64,000 nt of DNA from Minisyncoccia bacterium (GTDB taxonomy: Bacteria; Patescibacteriota; Minisyncoccia; Phycocordibacterales; UBA918), in assembly GCA_046293175.1 (NCBI GenBank), contig JBKBPM010000001.1, forward strand, positions 593,408 through 657,407, given 5' to 3'. Under the pieces are notes generated by a model. That model saw only the letters and a program-made list of their open reading frames with translations, did no database searches and was not told the origin of the DNA. The position numbers were made by a program, and so were the translations under genes. Position 1 is the first letter of the stretch, and each line of letters starts with the position of its first letter. Below are positions 37,293-46,204 of this stretch, one piece after another.

Positions 37293-38861
37293 TTATTCTG
37301 TTACAGCAAACTCAAACATCATTCCTGCTTCGAGATGTTCAGCAATGTGACAATGCGCCATCCATTCGCCGGGGTTTGTGGTGTCGAGTAGGATATCGAC
37401 ATACTGTCCAGCTGGTACCATCACCGTGTCTTTCCAAACCAAGTTGTCGTTTGTTGTTCCATTTTCATTGACTACCAAGAATCGCTGACCGTGGAAGTGA
37501 ATTGGGTGTTGCATTGGATGAGCAGAATTTGCGTCATTAGTGATACGGACCTTCACCTTGTCACCAGATTTGAAGCTCCACGCAATATCCATATTCGTCT
37601 GCCCGGTTGCCTTGTCGGTGATCTTCCACTTTGTCATATCCTTGGTCGCCATCTGGTTCATCATGGCCATGTCAGTATCCTCCCATTCAATGCCATCTTT
37701 ACTCACCGTATTAGCCATCATTCCTCCCATCATTGATCCATCGGGCATCCTGTGTCCACCCATGCCTCCACTCATACCGCCCATCATGTCGATGGTGAGA
37801 TTGAGTTCTTTATCGACTGGTTTGGCGAGGTATTCCCGATACGGGTCAATGCTTGCTTTCGCAACTTCGTTGGTGCGAAGCGTGCCAAAGATATCTCCGT
37901 AGTATGGAGACGCAACCCCTCCCGAGACAGTAACTTTGCCAAGTTCATACGTTTTTTCAGGCGTGCTATGGAGAAGTGCATACGTTCCTTCGTTAGCAAA
38001 TAGCACTTCCACAACTACTCGCTCAGATGGTCCGAGAATCACTGAGTCTTTCCATTCTTCTCGCTCCGTCGCCCCAGCATCTCCGCCGACTAATTTCAGC
38101 TTCGCACCCTTAATACTGAAGTTGAATGGTCGCGCGTTTGCGGCGTTTGTGAGATAGAAGCGAATCACTTCACCCTCTGTTGCTGTGAGCTCGTAATCAG
38201 TCTCACCATTTACGAGCATCACGTTTCCGTAACGACCCATGAGGGTACGATCTGCTTCCTTTTTGCTCAGATTTATCTTTCCGTTCTCAATGAGAATGTC
38301 GTCCAGAATAAGTGGTACCTCGCGGTTTACTTCATTCCAATACTTCTCATCGGTAGCTACCACAAGATAGTTCCCGTATAAGCCGAGCTCCTGTTCCAAG
38401 TCTTCACGAACATGCGGGTGGTACCAGTACATTCCGGCGTCAGGGAATTTCAGTTTGTACGAGAACGTCTCACCCGGTTTCATCTCCTCTTGAGTCGACT
38501 GTGAACCATCAAACTCATTGTCCATGCGCACGCCGTGCGAGTGGAGAAGTGTGTTCATGTCGGTACCATTCTTGAAGTTGATGGTCACCTCTGCACCTTG
38601 CGGTACTTTGATTAATGGTCCGGGTATTGAGCCGTTGTATGCGAGCATTTTGTATGACACGCCATTGATGTTTTTTTCGACGTAGCTGGCAGTGAGGTCA
38701 TAGGTGTCACCATTTTTAAGTTCAACAGTCTCTGATGCTTTTGCAGGTTCAGCTTTTGTAAGGGCAGTGCTCGCACCAGGTATAGTTCCTCCTTTTGATA
38801 GCAGAATGCCACCAACGACAAGAACTACGCCGAGCACTACCGCAATAAGTGTTTTATTCAT
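37293..38861 (-). CDS. Multicopper oxidase (CueO/laccase-like) with a Met/Gly-rich insert
   Basis: Copper ligand motifs WYHPH, HPIHFHG, and HCHIAEHLEAGMM. Met-rich segment MMGGMSGGMGGHRMPDGSMMGGMM. Confidence 0.85.
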   Translation of the reverse strand: MNKTLIAVVLGVVLVVGGILLSKGGTIPGASTALTKAEPAKASETVELKNGDTYDLTASYVEKNINGVSYKMLAYNGSIPGPLIKVPQGAEVTINFKNGTDMNTLLHSHGVRMDNEFDGSQSTQEEMKPGETFSYKLKFPDAGMYWYHPHVREDLEQELGLYGNYLVVATDEKYWNEVNREVPLILDDILIENGKINLSKKEADRTLMGRYGNVMLVNGETDYELTATEGEVIRFYLTNAANARPFNFSIKGAKLKLVGGDAGATEREEWKDSVILGPSERVVVEVLFANEGTYALLHSTPEKTYELGKVTVSGGVASPYYGDIFGTLRTNEVAKASIDPYREYLAKPVDKELNLTIDMMGGMSGGMGGHRMPDGSMMGGMMANTVSKDGIEWEDTDMAMMNQMATKDMTKWKITDKATGQTNMDIAWSFKSGDKVKVRITNDANSAHPMQHPIHFHGQRFLVVNENGTTNDNLVWKDTVMVPAGQYVDILLDTTNPGEWMAHCHIAEHLEAGMMFEFAVTE

Positions 38862-38876
38862 ACATAGTTGATAACG

Positions 38877-40019
38877 CTAATTAATAATTTTACTTCCCCC
38901 ACTCCAGATACTGATACCATTCGGCATATCGCCAACAGGGATCCTAGAAATTTCTCTGTTAGTATCCGTATCAATAATTGTTACGTCATCGCCGAGCAAA
39001 TTAGTAACATACGCGCGAGCTCCGTCTTCCGATACGACAATTCCGTGTGGCGCAGAACCGGCAGTAATAGTTTTGTCGACTATTTTTCGTCCGATATCTA
39101 TCCGATACACAAGATTTCCTGTCGGTTGATCGAAGTAGTAGCCTTGGTCAGCCACGTACAGGTATCGTGAGTCTGGGGTCGGGTAGATTTGCACAGGTCC
39201 ACGAGATCCTTCGGGAAGGGTTATGACCCCTTGTTCATTATTTTTCCGGTTGAGCCATACGATTTGTTTGGTGTCATACACTGACGAAAATGCGTATATA
39301 CCATCTTGGGTGACGGCTGTTTGGACACCAGCTCCAGGCAATGTGATGTTTCGTACGATATTGGTCTCTGTATCGAGGACAGCCATCCCTTTTCCATCAA
39401 TAAGCGCGATGAATACTTCCGTGCCATCCGGTGTCACTCGAAGTCCGTGTGGCCCACTTGCTTCACCGAGCGCAATTTCGCGTATAATTCTGCGACCCTC
39501 AACGTCTATCACGTAGACCTTGCCCTTTTCTTGTGAGGTCACGTATGCGGTTTTTGCGTCAGGAGAGGTGACGACGTGTGCAAGGTGGCTGTCGGTAGCG
39601 ACGGGAATTGAGTAAACAATTGTGTCAGTTACTGGGTCGATGATAAACAGCTTGTCGGAATTCTGTCCATGACCCATATCCGGCATTGCATCATCTTCCA
39701 TGTCCATGCCTTCCTCGACGTTTGCCGTCACCAGCACCTTCTTCCCGTCCGGAGCTACCTGCACATTATGTGCCATGTAGCGGACTGTTTCTCCGTCAAC
39801 CTTTTCAGACAAGTCGATGGTTGCAATAACTTTTGTACTCTTAGAATCAATTACAGAGACCTTTCCTTCGCCCTCGAGCGCAACGTACACTTTTTCACTC
39901 TGACTACTGACAGAAGTAGTTATTTCTTGAGGCGTATTTATATCCCTAGCTGACAGAGTCCAAAAAGCACCTCCAATAAGAACAATTGCTGCAATTGTGC
40001 CTAATACGTATTTATTCAT
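38877..40019 (-). CDS. YVTN-family beta-propeller repeat protein
   Basis: Repeated …AYVT…G.V.VID… units of about 40 residues (YVALEGEGKVSVID; AYVTSQEKGKVYVID; AYVTNLLGDDVTIID). Confidence 0.7.
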   Translation of the reverse strand: MNKYVLGTIAAIVLIGGAFWTLSARDINTPQEITTSVSSQSEKVYVALEGEGKVSVIDSKSTKVIATIDLSEKVDGETVRYMAHNVQVAPDGKKVLVTANVEEGMDMEDDAMPDMGHGQNSDKLFIIDPVTDTIVYSIPVATDSHLAHVVTSPDAKTAYVTSQEKGKVYVIDVEGRRIIREIALGEASGPHGLRVTPDGTEVFIALIDGKGMAVLDTETNIVRNITLPGAGVQTAVTQDGIYAFSSVYDTKQIVWLNRKNNEQGVITLPEGSRGPVQIYPTPDSRYLYVADQGYYFDQPTGNLVYRIDIGRKIVDKTITAGSAPHGIVVSEDGARAYVTNLLGDDVTIIDTDTNREISRIPVGDMPNGISIWSGGSKIIN

Positions 40020-40449
40020 AATGTAATTCGATCTTATCTCCATCCTTCATCTCATAATTTTCATACTCTGTGTTTGGTTCGCCATTCACCGTCATAGTCA
40101 CATTCTGTCCGAACTCTCGAAAGTCCTTACCCCATACCGCAAAGAATTTTCCAAGACGAGTATCTTCGCGGGTCACTCTGGCTGGGTATTCGAGATGTAT
40201 GATCGGAGCATCATCGTGGGTATGCATTGGCTGATGGACGGCACCAATGCCGACGTTTTGAGGTATCTCAATCTGTTCACCTTTTACGAATATCTTGAGT
40301 TCAGGATGGGTATGGATTCCACGCATGGAAAGAATATTTGAGTCTCCTGATGCTACTTGTTTTGTCTGATTTGCTTTTGCCCACCATATGAGTCCTATTG
40401 CCAACACAAGGATGGCAATAATGACAATAGTGAACGAATGTTTTTTCAT
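40012..40449 (-). CDS. Membrane-anchored His-rich hypothetical protein (putative periplasmic metal-binding)
   Basis: N-terminal TM with HTHPE / HQPMHTHDD motifs. Confidence 0.4.
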   Translation of the reverse strand: MKKHSFTIVIIAILVLAIGLIWWAKANQTKQVASGDSNILSMRGIHTHPELKIFVKGEQIEIPQNVGIGAVHQPMHTHDDAPIIHLEYPARVTREDTRLGKFFAVWGKDFREFGQNVTMTVNGEPNTEYENYEMKDGDKIELHYE

Positions 40450-40976
40450 AATATGTCACAGGTTAGTGGTTTGGTAATAGTGCGTACGAGAAGAAACGTG
40501 GTGTATCCGAGAATGAGTACGCCAAGGATGCCAATCTCTTGCCCTCGAAGTGGTAAATATGTGAGCGCGCCAATGCCACCCACAACTCCTAGGAATGAGG
40601 TGAGGATGATCGATCCACAGGCTGCACAGCCAACACTGAACATCCCAAAGAGTGCACCAACGGATGTGGTAGCAACGCTTCCACGTGTCAGGAAGTATTT
40701 TTGACGTCGATAGAGGTAGAACATCAGTGCGATATTTATTCCAACGAGGATCGAGATTGTTACCGTGGTCAGGGCTGAAAGTAGTGAGAAATTTGTTACA
40801 AGTGAACCAAGAAGGCTTAGTGTCACCGAGAGTTTCCCAAGTACCGATACACCCTCACTTGCCCACAGAAGCGTGAGAAGTGTGCTGTTTGGTAACAGGA
40901 TTGCAACAGCTAGCATGAGCGCACTCACGGCTAGCGCGAGAATGATGTATCCAATGTTTCTGCGTACGAACGTCAT
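40446..40976 (-). CDS. Polytopic membrane protein with an intramembrane CAAC motif. Possible thiol-disulfide oxidoreductase partner of the adjacent DsbA-like protein.
   Basis: 176 aa with about five TM helices and SVGCAACGS inside a TM segment. Translationally coupled to neighbouring genes. Confidence 0.4.
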   Translation of the reverse strand: MTFVRRNIGYIILALAVSALMLAVAILLPNSTLLTLLWASEGVSVLGKLSVTLSLLGSLVTNFSLLSALTTVTISILVGINIALMFYLYRRQKYFLTRGSVATTSVGALFGMFSVGCAACGSIILTSFLGVVGGIGALTYLPLRGQEIGILGVLILGYTTFLLVRTITKPLTCDIL

Positions 40977-40979
40977 GAG

Positions 40980-41747
40980 TTAAGAACTTTTAAGGGCGTT
41001 TTCGATGAGCTGTTTGACTGCTTCATATGGCTGAGCCCCATTGATTGGGAACTTGGTGCCGTCCGGCGCAACAAAGATGCTCCACGGTGTACCACGACCG
41101 CCGGTTGCTACCGCATTCTCAAGGTCGTTCGCCACATGCTCAGCATAGGTGCCACTACTCAAGCATTCATTGAACTTCGACACATCAATGCCAATATACT
41201 GTGCAATTTTCGGAAGTTCTGCTGGGTCAAGGCGGTCGTTTGATGGGGTGATTTCGTAGAGGCGATCTGCATATTTCCAGAACGTATCATTACCACCCTG
41301 TGCACCGGCGCATTCGAGTGCTTCGGCTTCTTTCCGGGCTTTTGGGTGCAGTTGATCAAGCGGAAAGTGACGATAGACCCAGGCAACTTTTCCGGTATCT
41401 CCATACTCGTCTATGACCTGCTTCATAGTCTCGTGGAAGCGTTTACAAAACGGGCATTCAGTATCCGAATACTCGACTATCTTAATAGGTGCATCAGGAT
41501 TACCGCGAATATGATCATCTGAAGCAACTGGTTTCATATTCTCAAGCGCTTTACCTGCATCTTGCTCGGCAACTTGCTGTGCTTGAGGTGCCACAGCAGT
41601 TGGTGACGGTGTAGGATTGCCTTTGAGACCGAAGAATACTGCTCCGGCGATAAGTCCTCCCGCTATAACAATTGCTAACGGTATCCCAAGTGCTTGTTTT
41701 TGGTTTTTTACTATTGGTTGTGATGGTTCTTGTGTAGTTTCATTCAT
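40980..41747 (-). CDS. DsbA-family thioredoxin-like protein (CPFC)
   Basis: N-terminal TM and a Trx fold with a CPFC active site (…VEYSDTECPFCKRFH…). Confidence 0.75.
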   Translation of the reverse strand: MNETTQEPSQPIVKNQKQALGIPLAIVIAGGLIAGAVFFGLKGNPTPSPTAVAPQAQQVAEQDAGKALENMKPVASDDHIRGNPDAPIKIVEYSDTECPFCKRFHETMKQVIDEYGDTGKVAWVYRHFPLDQLHPKARKEAEALECAGAQGGNDTFWKYADRLYEITPSNDRLDPAELPKIAQYIGIDVSKFNECLSSGTYAEHVANDLENAVATGGRGTPWSIFVAPDGTKFPINGAQPYEAVKQLIENALKSS

Positions 41748-41823
41748 GTGAATAGAAGTTAGTAGGTAATGCCATAACGGCAAAAAAGCAGAGTGCAGAA
41801 CACTCGCTCACATGAATGAGACG

Positions 41824-42267
41824 TTAGAACGTCTTTGGGTGGAGAATGCCTCGTGCGAACGCTAAACGAAGCGGATCGTATGTGCGTATGTCTGGATGTT
41901 CTCGGGCGTATTGCCTGAAGCGTATTGAAAGAAGATTTGTGTCGAGACGAGGTGCTGCCAGGAATCCTGCAAGAGCAAAAGAAGATGCAACCGCAAGTAC
42001 GATGAGTAGAACGAGGTCTTGGAAACCTTGTGGAATACCCACAAGGGTACTCTTCCAAAGCTCCATATGGTCACTTACCCCAGCATCGCAACAGTTCTTA
42101 AGCGAAACCTCGTGTGACGTATGCGCAATATGACCAGACCCATTTCCCGCATGAACAGGAGTCGCATGGATAAAGCTGATACAGAGAAAGCCGACGATCA
42201 ATGAGATCAGAACAGACCCGCCGAGGACGGTCTTGAGTCGATTTGCTTGTGGGAAGGCGAGCTTCAT
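41824..42267 (-). CDS. Membrane protein with His/Cys-rich loops (putative copper-binding)
   Basis: Two TM helices with HATPVHAGNGSGHIAHTSHE and NCCD motifs. Confidence 0.4.
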   Translation of the reverse strand: MKLAFPQANRLKTVLGGSVLISLIVGFLCISFIHATPVHAGNGSGHIAHTSHEVSLKNCCDAGVSDHMELWKSTLVGIPQGFQDLVLLIVLAVASSFALAGFLAAPRLDTNLLSIRFRQYAREHPDIRTYDPLRLAFARGILHPKTF

Positions 42268-42376
42268 GACAAGTCCATTTTAACAGAAAATTGAACTCCT
42301 GCACACAACATTATCAGCCTACAAGCAAGGGGGCATTATAATATACTCAGATGTTTATTAGCTTTTAAAAATAAAT

Positions 42377-42637
42377 ATGAATACTCTTTCGCCAGCAAGA
42401 TCTGGGATCGCACTATCAGGAACACTTATTGTCGCCTTCGTCCTGTGCGCTATCGCACAGGCAATCTTACCAAGCGCACAATTTTCCCATATGTGGCTCT
42501 CTTTGTTTACAGCTGCACCTTTGGGATCTTTAATTGCTTGGATAGAGGGAATAATAGCAAGTGTGGTGGTCGGCTTTATTTTAGGCTACTGTTTCGCTCA
42601 TTGTTATAACTGGAGCGCAAAACACGGAATCAAATAG
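42377..42637 (+). CDS. Small two-TM membrane protein
   Basis: 86 aa. Followed by terminator hairpin aaaaatcgccccatgaggggcgattttt. Confidence 0.4.
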   Translation: MNTLSPARSGIALSGTLIVAFVLCAIAQAILPSAQFSHMWLSLFTAAPLGSLIAWIEGIIASVVVGFILGYCFAHCYNWSAKHGIK

Positions 42638-42644
42638 TCAACAA

Positions 42645-42672
42645 AAATCGCCCCATGAGGGGCGATTTTTGT
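42645..42672. terminator. Bidirectional rho-independent terminator
   Basis: AAAAATCGCCCC-atga-GGGGCGATTTTT. Confidence 0.7.
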
Positions 42673-42716
42673 TCTGGCTACTGCTCTCAGCAGGTATGCC
42701 TTTTCAGAATAGACCT
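42666..42716. repeat. Right copy of the direct repeat that brackets the island (pairs with 26563-26616)
   Basis: See the left-copy entry. It lies 47-97 nt 3' of tRNA-Gln. Confidence 0.6.
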
Positions 42717-42762
42717 CTGACGGACTATCGACGCGTCTCGTGCGCGATAACCTATCACGAGT

Positions 42763-42836
42763 TGGCTGCCCGACAAGGACTCGAACCTCGATACCTTGGA
42801 CCAAAACCAAGTGTCCTACCATTAGACGATCGGGCA
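42763..42836 (-). tRNA. tRNA-Gln (anticodon UUG), CCA encoded
   Basis: Manual fold of TGCCCGA-TC-GTCT-AATGGTA-GGAC-A-CTTGG-TTTTGGT-CCAAG-GTATC-CGAGG-TTCGAGT-CCTTG-TCGGGCA-G-CCA. Confidence 0.8.
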
Positions 42837-43112
42837 AGTGGCTCCATTTATACCATATATCGTGCCAGAAATCATCCTTAATATTGAGGAAGATTTTCTC
42901 ACCGTAATTCGAAGCGTTCTGTGGTAATTATCTGCAATATTTTGTGCGGTTTGTTTTAATATTATGCTTTTTGTAGTAAATAAACTGGGGCTGAAAATCA
43001 TTTTTTTCTAGGATGTTGCTCCAGAATTTAATATCCTTAACTACATCTTTTTTATGGTTTTCATGGATATATAAACTATAGACAAGTCTATCAAGATTGC
43101 TGTTTAAGGATT

Positions 43113-43340
43113 CTAGGAGAAACCGTTTGAAAATTTAATCATATTTGGGTCAGTGTTTCCAAAAGTGACCGATTGACCATGTCGACTTCTTTCCTTTGAT
43201 CCTTCACCCCAATATAGAGCGACACCTACAAGAAACAATTCTCGTTTACTCAATATCCCAACTTGCTGGATTGCTTTTTCGTATATGTCCTTCGTCACAG
43301 CAATACGATGAGCACGACGAGCATCACCACCGCGCTGTTG
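43113..43340 (-). pseudogene. LAGLIDADG homing-endonuclease remnant (C-terminal fragment with no proper start)
   Basis: Frame …RRAHRIAVTKDIYEKAIQQVGILSKRELFLVGVALYWGEGSKERS… has a stop immediately upstream and no N-terminal half. It sits inside an AT-rich 730-bp non-coding stretch. Confidence 0.4.
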
Positions 43341-43570
43341 GGCTGCCAGCTTTTTAGAAGATGGCTTTTGCGTTTGCTCCCTGGTAAGTTTAGTTTCTCA
43401 AAGCCGTTAAGGAAAAAGTCGACTTAGCAATTGGAACAACAGCTAGAATGTCGCTGTATGTTTTCCCTTCTCGACGGAGGTTTATAGCTTTGATTTTCAA
43501 ATTATTTTTTATTGTACAGATGTACGCCTCACTTATTTTCCTTGACTGCCTCGTACTACATGCAAAATCT

Positions 43571-45253
43571 CTATTTATTGAGCATTGCAGCCTTTATGAA
43601 AGCCGTAAAAACAGGATGTGGAGCAAGTGGTCGTGCTGTAAGTTCTGGATGGAACTGAGTTCCAAGGAAAAATGGGTGGACGGACTTCGGCAACTCAACC
43701 ATTTCCATCAGACGACCATCCGGTGAAGTGGCACCAAAGACGAGTCCAGCCGCTTCGAGGTCATCCACATACTCAGGATTCACCTCATAGCGGTGGCGGT
43801 GCCGTTCGGTCACGGTACCACTCTTGTATGCCGTGTAAGCCTGTGTCCCTTTCTTCACCACCGCATCATATGAGCCGAGGCGCATCGTGCCACCCATGTC
43901 GCTCTTCGCGAGCTTTTCGCGTTGTTCTGGCATAATACCAATGACAAGATGTTCGGCCTTAGGATCAATCTCTTCGGTTGATACACTATCGAGCTTCAGC
44001 ACATTGCGGGCATATTCGAGCACCGCCAGCTGCATACCATAACAGATACCGAAGTACGGGATTTTCTTGGTGCGTGCATATTCGATAACCTTGAGCTTGC
44101 CTTCGATACCAGTCTTGCCAAAGCCGCCCGGGACAAGGATGCCATCAAAAGCGTCGAGGTCCTTAAGTGACTTCTTGCCCGTTTCAAAATCAAGAGACGA
44201 GAGGTAGGTGATTTCCGCTTTGGTGCCAAGCTTGTACGCTGAGTACTTAAGCGCTTCAAGGACTGAGATATACACGTCTGAGAGGACAAAATCCCCCGAA
44301 CTAAAGTACTTGCCTACGACCGCGATCTTGGTTACGGACTTGGTGCTCTTTGAGCGGTTCACGAATTGCTTCCAGGCTTTGAGGTCACTCGGTTTTGGTT
44401 TGAGGCCAAGGATATCGCAGAGGGCTCCCGATACACCCTCCTTTTCGAAGTGGAGGGGAATATCGTAGATACTGCGTACATCAGGCGCTGATATGACATG
44501 TTCGGGTCGCACATTACAAAAGCGAGAAAGCTTCTCCTTACGCTTTTGATCAATTGGTTCGGTACTACGAGCGACAATCAAATCGGCAAAGACGCCAGCA
44601 CTGTTCAGCGCTCGAACAGCGGTCTGTGTTGGCTTCGTTTTCATTTCACCAATACTACCGGGTACCGGGAGGTAAGACACCATCACCACTGCCACATCCT
44701 CAGGCGCTTCGCTCTTCATCATACGGACCGCTTCAAGGAACAGGACGTTTTGGTATTCGCCGACCGTGCCACCAATTTCGGTAATGACTACATCTGCCTT
44801 GGCGGCTACTCCGGCTTTTTTGATTCGGTCAATCACCTCCAGTGGAATATCTGGCACCACCTCGACATTGCGCCCCCCGTATTCGAGATTGCGCTCCTTT
44901 TTGATGACCGAGAGATAAACACTACCTGTGGTCATGTAGTTGATGGCCGGTAGGTCGATATTGAGGAATCGTTCGTAGTTTCCCATGTCTTGGTCTGTCT
45001 CCAGACCGTCCTTAAGTACAAAACACTCACCGTGCTCGGTGGGGTTCATGGTACCAGCGTCAACATTGATGTACGGATCGATTTTGAGTGCGGTTACATT
45101 AAGACCACGACCCTGGAGTGTGAGCGCGATTGAGGATGAAGAGATCCCCTTCCCGACGCCACTCATAACCCCGCCGACGATAAAGATGTACTTGGGACGT
45201 TTCTGCTGCTTTTTGGTCGTGCCTGTCATCTTCTTGGTCGTGCGGGTGGTCAT
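43571..45253 (-). CDS. pyrG: CTP synthase
   Basis: …GGVMSGVGKGISSSSIALTLQ…, a GATase C-domain …GICYGMQLAVLEYARN…, and …GTQFHPE…. Confidence 0.9.
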   Translation of the reverse strand: MTTRTTKKMTGTTKKQQKRPKYIFIVGGVMSGVGKGISSSSIALTLQGRGLNVTALKIDPYINVDAGTMNPTEHGECFVLKDGLETDQDMGNYERFLNIDLPAINYMTTGSVYLSVIKKERNLEYGGRNVEVVPDIPLEVIDRIKKAGVAAKADVVITEIGGTVGEYQNVLFLEAVRMMKSEAPEDVAVVMVSYLPVPGSIGEMKTKPTQTAVRALNSAGVFADLIVARSTEPIDQKRKEKLSRFCNVRPEHVISAPDVRSIYDIPLHFEKEGVSGALCDILGLKPKPSDLKAWKQFVNRSKSTKSVTKIAVVGKYFSSGDFVLSDVYISVLEALKYSAYKLGTKAEITYLSSLDFETGKKSLKDLDAFDGILVPGGFGKTGIEGKLKVIEYARTKKIPYFGICYGMQLAVLEYARNVLKLDSVSTEEIDPKAEHLVIGIMPEQREKLAKSDMGGTMRLGSYDAVVKKGTQAYTAYKSGTVTERHRHRYEVNPEYVDDLEAAGLVFGATSPDGRLMEMVELPKSVHPFFLGTQFHPELTARPLAPHPVFTAFIKAAMLNK

Positions 45254-45275
45254 AGTGATTATTTTATTTAGTGGA

Positions 45276-46196
45276 TTAAACGCGCAAGTAGCGGGTGATG
45301 GCCAGGATACTTGAAATAAGTCCAAGCGCCACACCGATACCGACGATGGTCAAAAAGAGGGTGCCGAAGTTGTTGACAAAGTAGACATAAAGATCGAATT
45401 CAAAGAATTCTGCGGTAGCAGGACCAATCCAAATCATAATTGGATAAAGGATGGCGAGCGCGAGGATACCCGAGATAACTCCGTACATAACACCTTGAAG
45501 CATAAACGGGCCACGAATGAAGGCGTTGCTTGCACCCACGAGACGCATCACAGAAATTTCTTCACGAGCAGTATAAATGGCGAGGCGAATGGTATTAAAG
45601 GTAATAAGAATAGCGGCAATGATGAGGACCACCATCGTGATAGTAGTTGCTCGCTCCACCGCGTTCACAATCTTGGTCAATGTTTCGATTGATTCTTTGT
45701 TGTTGGCGTAGTTTACCTCATCTATGAGGGCAGTCTCGGTGGTCTCCATCGCTTTTTGCTCATCGAGGAACCTCGCAATACTTTCGTACTGGGAGGTGTT
45801 TTTCGCCCGGATGGCAATGGTGGCACCAAGTGGGTTATCACCAAGTTCTTCGAGTGCCTGCATCGCAACACTATCGTTTTGGTTCTTGAGGCGATATTCC
45901 GTCAGAGCATCTTCGCGGGAGGTGTAGCGAACTTCGGCGACGTCAGGCAAGGCCTCGATTTTGGTCTTGAGCGCATTAATCGCGGTCTCATCGGCAGTAG
46001 TCACAAAGTACACATTGATATCAACTTTGGACTGGATATTGTTCAAAGAAACGGTGAGGAGCTGATCGAGGAGCATGGTTGTACCAATGACAAACAGCGC
46101 TACGGTAATCACAAAAATAGACGCCAGAGACACGTAGGCACTACGCCAAAAACCAATAAACCCAGACCGCACGATTCGTCGAAGACTTGTGATCAT
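45276..46196 (-). CDS. ftsX: FtsX-family permease
   Basis: Four-TM FtsX architecture with a periplasmic domain, adjacent to ftsE. Confidence 0.8.
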   Translation of the reverse strand: MITSLRRIVRSGFIGFWRSAYVSLASIFVITVALFVIGTTMLLDQLLTVSLNNIQSKVDINVYFVTTADETAINALKTKIEALPDVAEVRYTSREDALTEYRLKNQNDSVAMQALEELGDNPLGATIAIRAKNTSQYESIARFLDEQKAMETTETALIDEVNYANNKESIETLTKIVNAVERATTITMVVLIIAAILITFNTIRLAIYTAREEISVMRLVGASNAFIRGPFMLQGVMYGVISGILALAILYPIMIWIGPATAEFFEFDLYVYFVNNFGTLFLTIVGIGVALGLISSILAITRYLRV

Positions 46197-46204
46197 ACAC
46201 CAAT

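Noticed and set aside
42673-42762. A second tRNA or tRNA-like gene immediately 3' of tRNA-Gln
   Set aside because: It contains a small CTGCT-GAG-AGCAG hairpin and a GACGCGTC palindrome but cannot be folded into a cloverleaf. It is better explained as the repeat or trailer element.
42822-43020. 58-aa minus-strand ORF reading into the 5' end of tRNA-Gln
   Set aside because: It is below the track threshold, overlaps the tRNA, and has no LAGLIDADG first motif. It is probably non-coding promoter region.
43448-43726. 92-aa plus-strand ORF at the pyrG 3' end
   Set aside because: It overlaps the conserved C-terminus of CTP synthase on the other strand and continues into an AT-rich non-coding region. 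No domain signal.
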